In this document: positions 58,151 through 64,000 of the stretch, one piece after another
Layout: each line of letters starts with the position of its first letter
Numbering within the stretch: position 1 is the first letter of the stretch
Origin: Macrostomum lignano
Lineage: Eukaryota
Assembly (NCBI GenBank): GCA_002269645.1
Contig: NIVC01000655.1
Coordinates: 310,001-374,000, forward strand
Reading direction: 5' to 3'
Length of the DNA: 64,000 nucleotides
Position numbers and translations under genes: made by a program
The notes under the pieces: model-generated
What the model was told of the DNA's origin: nothing
Databases searched by the model: none
What the model saw: only the letters and a program-made list of their open reading frames with translations

Positions 58151-58864
58151 TTCAAGCGTGCATCCGCTCAATTGCAACAGCTACGTGCGTCCATTTCGCA
58201 GCTATCCCGTGTCCCCTATGTGCTCTGCAACCCCCTCTTTCTGTCATGGAAGTAAATGATGAAACGTCGATTATAGTTGCAATAAAGTTAAACTTACCTG
58301 CTGAATAAATCTTATTTGGCAATTGCTTACGAAGGAGCTCCAGTATATAGAAAACTGCTTTAATCTTTCGGCTCGGCTCATCTATAGTGCGTGCCTATAT
58401 ATATATACACATTTAGCATGTATATTAGATTCGAGACTAGCTCAAATGCGTCATACGAGTTTGCTAAGCAATCCGCATTTATCTTATCTCCGGCACGCTG
58501 CACGGCTGGCTGACACGGTATTAAGAGAATCGTAATTCCGTAATACTGCGCAGATGTGTGTTTGTAATACATTACATGTAACTTTTTTACAATTTGTCTG
58601 ACTTGATAATCAATATAGATTGTACTAGGTTCTATACCACCTGCCAGTGCTAGTTCCTATTGGTGAGAGCTCTTCTTTTCTTGAACGACAACAAATTAGG
58701 GTGAAACGGAGAGAGAGGTAAGAAAGATAAATTCAGTTGTAACAATTGTGCTACTGAGTTAATTAAGTAGTATTTAAAACCAATAAAGTTCAACCGCGCG
58801 TGGACCACAGGTTGAGAGAGAGACAAATATGGAGTCACTAATAATAATACAACAATAATATTTA

Positions 58865-58975
58865 ATTACACCTGCCCAAATTGGGCCAGATGTGCAACCG
58901 ACAGCTCAGCCGCAGCTATTGCGCGGCGTATCGAAGGCTGCGTACGGCTGTTCAGTCCAAGGACTGGGGGATCGC
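58865..58975 (-). mobile_element. 5'-truncated copy of the SINE at 22547-22859
   Basis: Shared CAGATGTGCAACCGACAGCTCAGCCGCAGCTATTGCG..GAAGGCTGCGTACGGCTGTTCA.TCCAAG.ACTGGGGG and the same ATTACACCTG tail end. Confidence 0.8.
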
Positions 58976-59009
58976 CACACATACAGCCTCAACTACCTGA
59001 CAATTGAAA

Positions 59010-60065
59010 CATCAGAGTGACAAGTCAAGAATCGGAATGACAAGTGAAGCATCGGAGTGACAAGTGAAGCATTGGAGTGACAAGTGAAGCATCGGAGTGA
59101 CAAGTGAAGCATCGGAGTGACAAGTGAAGCATCAGAGTGACAAGTGAAGCATCAGAGTGGAAAGTGAAGCATCGGAGTGACAAGTGAAGCATCAGAGTGA
59201 CAAGTAAAGCATCGGAGTGACAAGTGAAGCATCGGAGTGACAAGTGAAGCATCGGAGTGACAAGTGAAGCATCGGAGTGACAAGTGAAGCATTGGAGTGA
59301 CAAGTGAAGCATCGGAGTGACAAGTGAAGCATCGGAGTGACAAGTGAAACATCAGAGTGACAAGTCAAGAATCGGAGTGACAAGTGAAGCATCGGAGTGA
59401 CAAGTGAAGCATCGGAGTGACAAGTGAAGCATCGGAGTGACAAGTGAAGCATCAGAGTGACAAGTGAAGCATCAGAGTGGAAAGTGAAGCATCGGAGTGA
59501 CAAGTGAAGCATCGGAGTGACAAGTGAAGCATCAGAGTGACAAGTGAAGCATCAGAATGGAAAGTGAAGCATCGGAGTGACAAGTGAAGCATCAGAGTGA
59601 CAAGTGAAGCATCGGAGTGACAAGTGAAGCATCAGAGTGACAAGTGAAGCATCAGAGTGGAAAGTGAAGCATCGGAGTGACAAGTGAAGCATCGGAGTGA
59701 CAAGTGAAGCATTGGAGTGACAAGTGAAGCATCGGAGTGACAAGTGAAGCATCGGAGTGACAAGTGAAGCATCAGAGTGACAAGTGAAGCATCAGAGTGG
59801 AAAGTGAAGCATCGGAGTGACAAGTGAAGCATCAGAGTGACAAGTAAAGCATCGTAGTGACAAGTGAAGCATCGGAGTGACAAGTGAAGCATCGGAGTGA
59901 CAAGTGAAGCATCGGAGTGACAAGTGAAGCATTGGAGTGACAAGTGAAGCATCGGAGTGACAAGTGAAGCATCGGAGTGACAAGTGAAGCATCAGAGTGA
60001 CAAGTGAAGCATCAGAGTGGAAAGTGAAGCATCGGAGTGACAAGTGAAGCATCAGAGTGACAAGT
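59010..60065. repeat. 20-bp minisatellite GGAGTGACAAGTGAAGCATC
   Basis: About 52 highly homogeneous copies. Confidence 0.98.
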
Positions 60066-61004
60066 AAATCATAAGAGTGTGAAGCTAGTAACCAACAACT
60101 TGAAGTACATGTAGTGTGTACTCAATCTACATTTATGTGTGATCACCGAAAGTTTAAGTGGCCATTGTGGGGGGGGGGGCAAAACGGAAATTTTTTGCAG
60201 ACTTCATATATTGATTGAAGTTTGCCACTGCACTGTTTAGCAGTTTGGCTTGCAAGTTTGTAGATTAGAAAAGACAGTGTCGCAAAACACAGAAAATTTT
60301 TTTGCTAGTGCCCAATAGCAGTACAATCCAATTAAACTCTAGAAAAGACAAATCATTGAGATAAAATGTGACCTCAGTGCCATCAAAATTCCACCAAAAC
60401 TAACTAATCTTAAGCACCTGTCCTTCAGCCAGACAGCATTCGTAAAAACTTTACTGGAATCTTTTATCTTAACTATCCGGTTTGTTGAGTGCTAACTACA
60501 AGTAATTGATTCTTAGAATTGCTTTTTCTTACAGTAGTACAGTAGTACAGTAGTATGTACAGTAGTATATTTTCGTAAATCAAAAAATGCTACATGAAAA
60601 AACATTTTTGTCTTCTAATTAAATATGCGAGTAGAACTAAACAAACTAAATAGGCTACTTACAATAGTAGTATTAATTTATTTGTAGGTAAAAATGACAC
60701 ATGTAGAGTTTTACAGTGAAGCAATGTAAAAAAGTCGTATGCAGGCAGATTGCATACAAAAAATGCTCCGTCTTAAGCCAAATATTAAATATTAAAGTTA
60801 ATCAGTTAATTTGATCAGATACCAGTGGGAGAAAATTCACAGAACCACAACAAAAAAACAAATAATGAAGTCTATTAACAATGACAAATAAGGTAACAAT
60901 AAAACCCCTTACAAACTGAGCTTGATCTGAAATACGCTTGCATTCTCCCCATTCCATTTTCATAGGGAAAGCACCATTTCAATTTGGCTATTTTTCATTA
61001 AAAA

Positions 61005-62225
61005 GCAATCAATCAATCGAGCATATAGGCAATCATTCAATCAACCAAACAGCCAATCAATCGATCAGTCAATCAAACAGGCAATCAATCAATTAGGTAA
61101 TCAATCAATCAAGCGATCAATCAATCAATCAATCAAGCAGGCAATCAATCAATCAATCAGGTAATCAATCAATCAAGCGATCAATCAATCAATCAATCAA
61201 GCAGTCAATCAATCAATCAAGCAGGCAATAAATCGATCAATCAATCAATCAATCAATTAGGCAATCAATCAATCAAGCAATCAATCAATCAACCAACCAA
61301 CCAATAAATAAATAAATAAATCAATCAATCAGGCAATCAATAAATCAAGCAATCAATCAATCAAGCAGGCAATCAATCAATCAATCAGGTAATCAATCAA
61401 TCAAGCGATCAATCAATCAATCAATCAAGCAGTCAATCAATCAATCAAGCAGGCAATAAATCGATCAATCAATCAATCAATCAATTAGGCAATCAATCAA
61501 TCAAGCAATCAATCAATCAACCAACCAACCAATAAATAAATAAATAAATCAATCAATCAGGCAATCAATAAATCAAACAATCAATCAATCAAGCAGGCAA
61601 TCAATCAATCAATCAGGTAATCAATCAATCAAGCGATCAATCAATCAATCAATCAAGCAGTCAATCAATCAATCAAGCAGGCAATAAATCGATCAATCAA
61701 TCAATCAATCAATCAGGCAATCAATCAATCAAGCAATCAATCAATCAACCAACCAACCAATAAATAAATAAATAAATCAATCAATCAGGCAATCAATAAA
61801 TCAAGCAGTCAATCAATCAATCAAGCAGGCAATAAATAATAAATCAATCAATCAATCAGGCAATCAATAAATCAAGCAATCAATCAATCAATCAAGCAGT
61901 CAATCAATCAATCAATCAATCAATCAAGCAGTCAATCAATCAATCAATCAATCAATCAAGCAGTCAATCAATCAATCAAGCAGGCAATAAATAGATCAAT
62001 CAATAAATCAATCAAACAGGCAATCCATCAATCAATGAAGCAGGCATTGAATCAATCAAGACGGCAATCTATCAGTCAACCAATCAATCAATCAAAAAAC
62101 AGGCTATCAATCAATCAATCAAGACCCCCGGCAATCGAACAATCAATCAGACGATAAAACAATCAAGACGAAAATCTATCAATCAATCAATTGATCAAAC
62201 AGGCAATCAATCAATCAATAAAGCA
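61005..62225. repeat. (ATCA)n complex microsatellite with a 228-bp higher-order repeat
   Basis: The AACCAACCAACCAATAAATAAA landmark occurs at 61291, 61519 and 61747. Confidence 0.95.
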
Positions 62226-62270
62226 GGCGATAAATCAATCATAATGAATAAAAAAACACATCAATCCAAT

Positions 62271-63344
62271 TCACTTGTCCCTATCTTCATCATCAATAAT
62301 AAGCCTGTTGCAAATTTTCAAATCGCCTAAACTCTCCACTTTGATCTGCTTAACGTAGCTGTTGCGGCCCACACGGCACTCGTAGCCGCACTTGGTGCCG
62401 CCGCACCTGGCGCAGGGAAAATAACAGCCCGGACAGCCCAGCGTCAGGCAGTCGCACGCGTCCTGACCGTTGGCCACTATGCGGCCCTGGCTGTCGTAGA
62501 TGCAGTCCGATTGGCCGGGCATGGACTGCGGGAGGATGGGCGGAGTAGCGCATCAGCTTGTGGCAATTTGAACTGACGATTTCCTCACGGCATTCCACTT
62601 CTATGGTTAAACCTCAACCCTGATATCCCCAGTTGCTGTGCCAGTCTCCCAGATCCCCAGTTGCTGGGCCAGCCTCCCAGATCCTAAGTTGCTGGGCCAG
62701 CCTCCCAGATCCTAAGTTGCTGGGCCAGCCTCCCAGATCCCCAGTTGCTAGGCCAGCCTCCCAAATCTCCAGTTGTTAGGCCAGCCTCCCAGATCCTCAG
62801 TTGCTGGGCCAGCCTCTCAGATCTTCAGTTGCTAGGCCAGCCGCCCAGATCCCCAGTTGCTGGGCCAGCTTCCCAGATCCCCAGTTGCTGGGCCAGCCTC
62901 CCAGATCCCCAGTTGCTAGGCCAGCCTCCCAGATCCCCAGTTGCTGGGCCACCACCAAGCACCCCAGTCAGCGGAAGCGGAACACACCAGCTGCTGCAGG
63001 CTGTACTGATGCTGGTACATCAACCCGGAGCCGGAACCGGCTCCAGCCATCGAAGCCGGGGCTGACAAAGCGTTAACACCCGCTCCGACGCCACCAGCAA
63101 TAAAGTTGGCGCGCCCGGCGCCTCTTTGGCGCCGTTTCTTCCTGGCAACAACGCTGTCAGCTTCGCCAGCGCTGCCGCCACCGCCACCGCCGCCGCCGCC
63201 GCTGGCTCCGTTGCTGCTCTCCTCATCCGACTCGGAGAAGCTTGGCAAAGCGGAGAATCGCGGGCCCGGATTGGACACGGCAACCAGCTTGCTGATCTCC
63301 CGGGACAGGCCGCGCAACTCCTGCCTGTTGCCGCTGTTGCTCAT
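62271..63344 (-). CDS. ARL14EP: ARL14 effector protein-like (ARF7EP C-terminal Cys-rich domain)
   Basis: Exons 63344-62988 (probable donor) and 62525-62271, phase 0. YDSQG..DACDCL..GCPGCYFPCARCGGTKCGYECR matches the ARL14EP zinc-binding motif; exon 1 has NPGP and a Gly-rich tract. Confidence 0.8.
62625..62950. repeat. 28-bp minisatellite CTCCCAGATCCCCAGTTGCTGGGCCAGC in the ARL14EP-like intron
   Basis: About 12 copies; the unit is nearly the reverse complement of the array at 20995-21135. Confidence 0.95.
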
Positions 63345-64000
63345 TTAATAGTGGCTTAATTAAATGGCTTTAAATTAAGTATTTACTACTTGGTGAGTAG
63401 TAAAGTCAGTGTTCAGTCAGAAAATGTTGAAATGAAATTGTTTCCTTACACTGAGAGAAGCAAATGACATGAGCCATGAAGGTATTCTGCTTATAATAAA
63501 CATACTGCTAGTGTTTCATCATAGCTATGGATAGGTTACAGGAATGCCTATTTACCAAAAATATTAATAGTAGCCACCTAATAACTAAAACTTAAAAGAT
63601 CATTAGAGCCCTCGAATTAATTAGTAGGAGAGGGGTAGAACAATAGAAATGAAAATTAATTTTGCCAGTTTTAACGCTTTCATGAAAGGAAATCTCACTC
63701 TCAAGTCCATTGGGTCAAGGACTCAAGCAACGTACGAGCATTTACCACATTGTGTGGTTGGGGCACAATGGACTAAAGTAAAGATGAATGGGGAGTATAA
63801 CATTTGCTTGCAGGAAATTTGCTTGCCGAACTTTACTTGCCGAAGCTTGCTTGTCGAAGTTTGCTTGCGGAACTTTGCTTGCAGGAAATTTGTTTGCAGA
63901 ATTTTGAAGTCTAATTTCTAGAAATTTGCAATCACAATTGTAAGATTTCAACTTACTGAATTATTTTCTTGTTTGCTTGCTTGTTTTGATTGCTTGTGAA

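Noticed and set aside
57390-60052. Repetitive ORFs (DTGLG..., MLHLSLRCFTCHSDASLVTP...)
   Set aside because: Translations of the ~22-bp and 20-bp minisatellites.

Overview
Eukaryotic (metazoan) genomic DNA with GC-rich spliced exons and AT-rich, satellite-filled introns. The style resembles Macrostomum-type flatworm DNA, but that assignment is inference only. Eight host genes were reconstructed by hand from splice sites: EFHB (-, 3' end outside the window), V-ATPase subunit C (+), a GT31 beta-1,3-galactosyltransferase (-, one frameshift), NKRF (-, XTBD/dsRBD-like/G-patch/R3H), a divergent vertebrate-type cryptochrome (-), ARGLU1 (+), a PLAC8/cornifelin protein (-) and an ARL14EP-like protein (-). 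ARGLU1 intron 1 (16.9 kb) holds several DNA transposons. These are an 8-kb spliced hAT-related element with CCC termini and an 8-bp TSD, a decayed Sola2-like transposase split by a 2-kb THAP/P-like element (itself carrying a MITE), and a MULE-like MITE. Elsewhere there are a Harbinger-type MITE, further TSD-bounded MITEs, a full-length tRNA-derived SINE and about 25 mini/microsatellite arrays. No prokaryotic features or CRISPR arrays. All coordinates were read by eye and no database searches were run.
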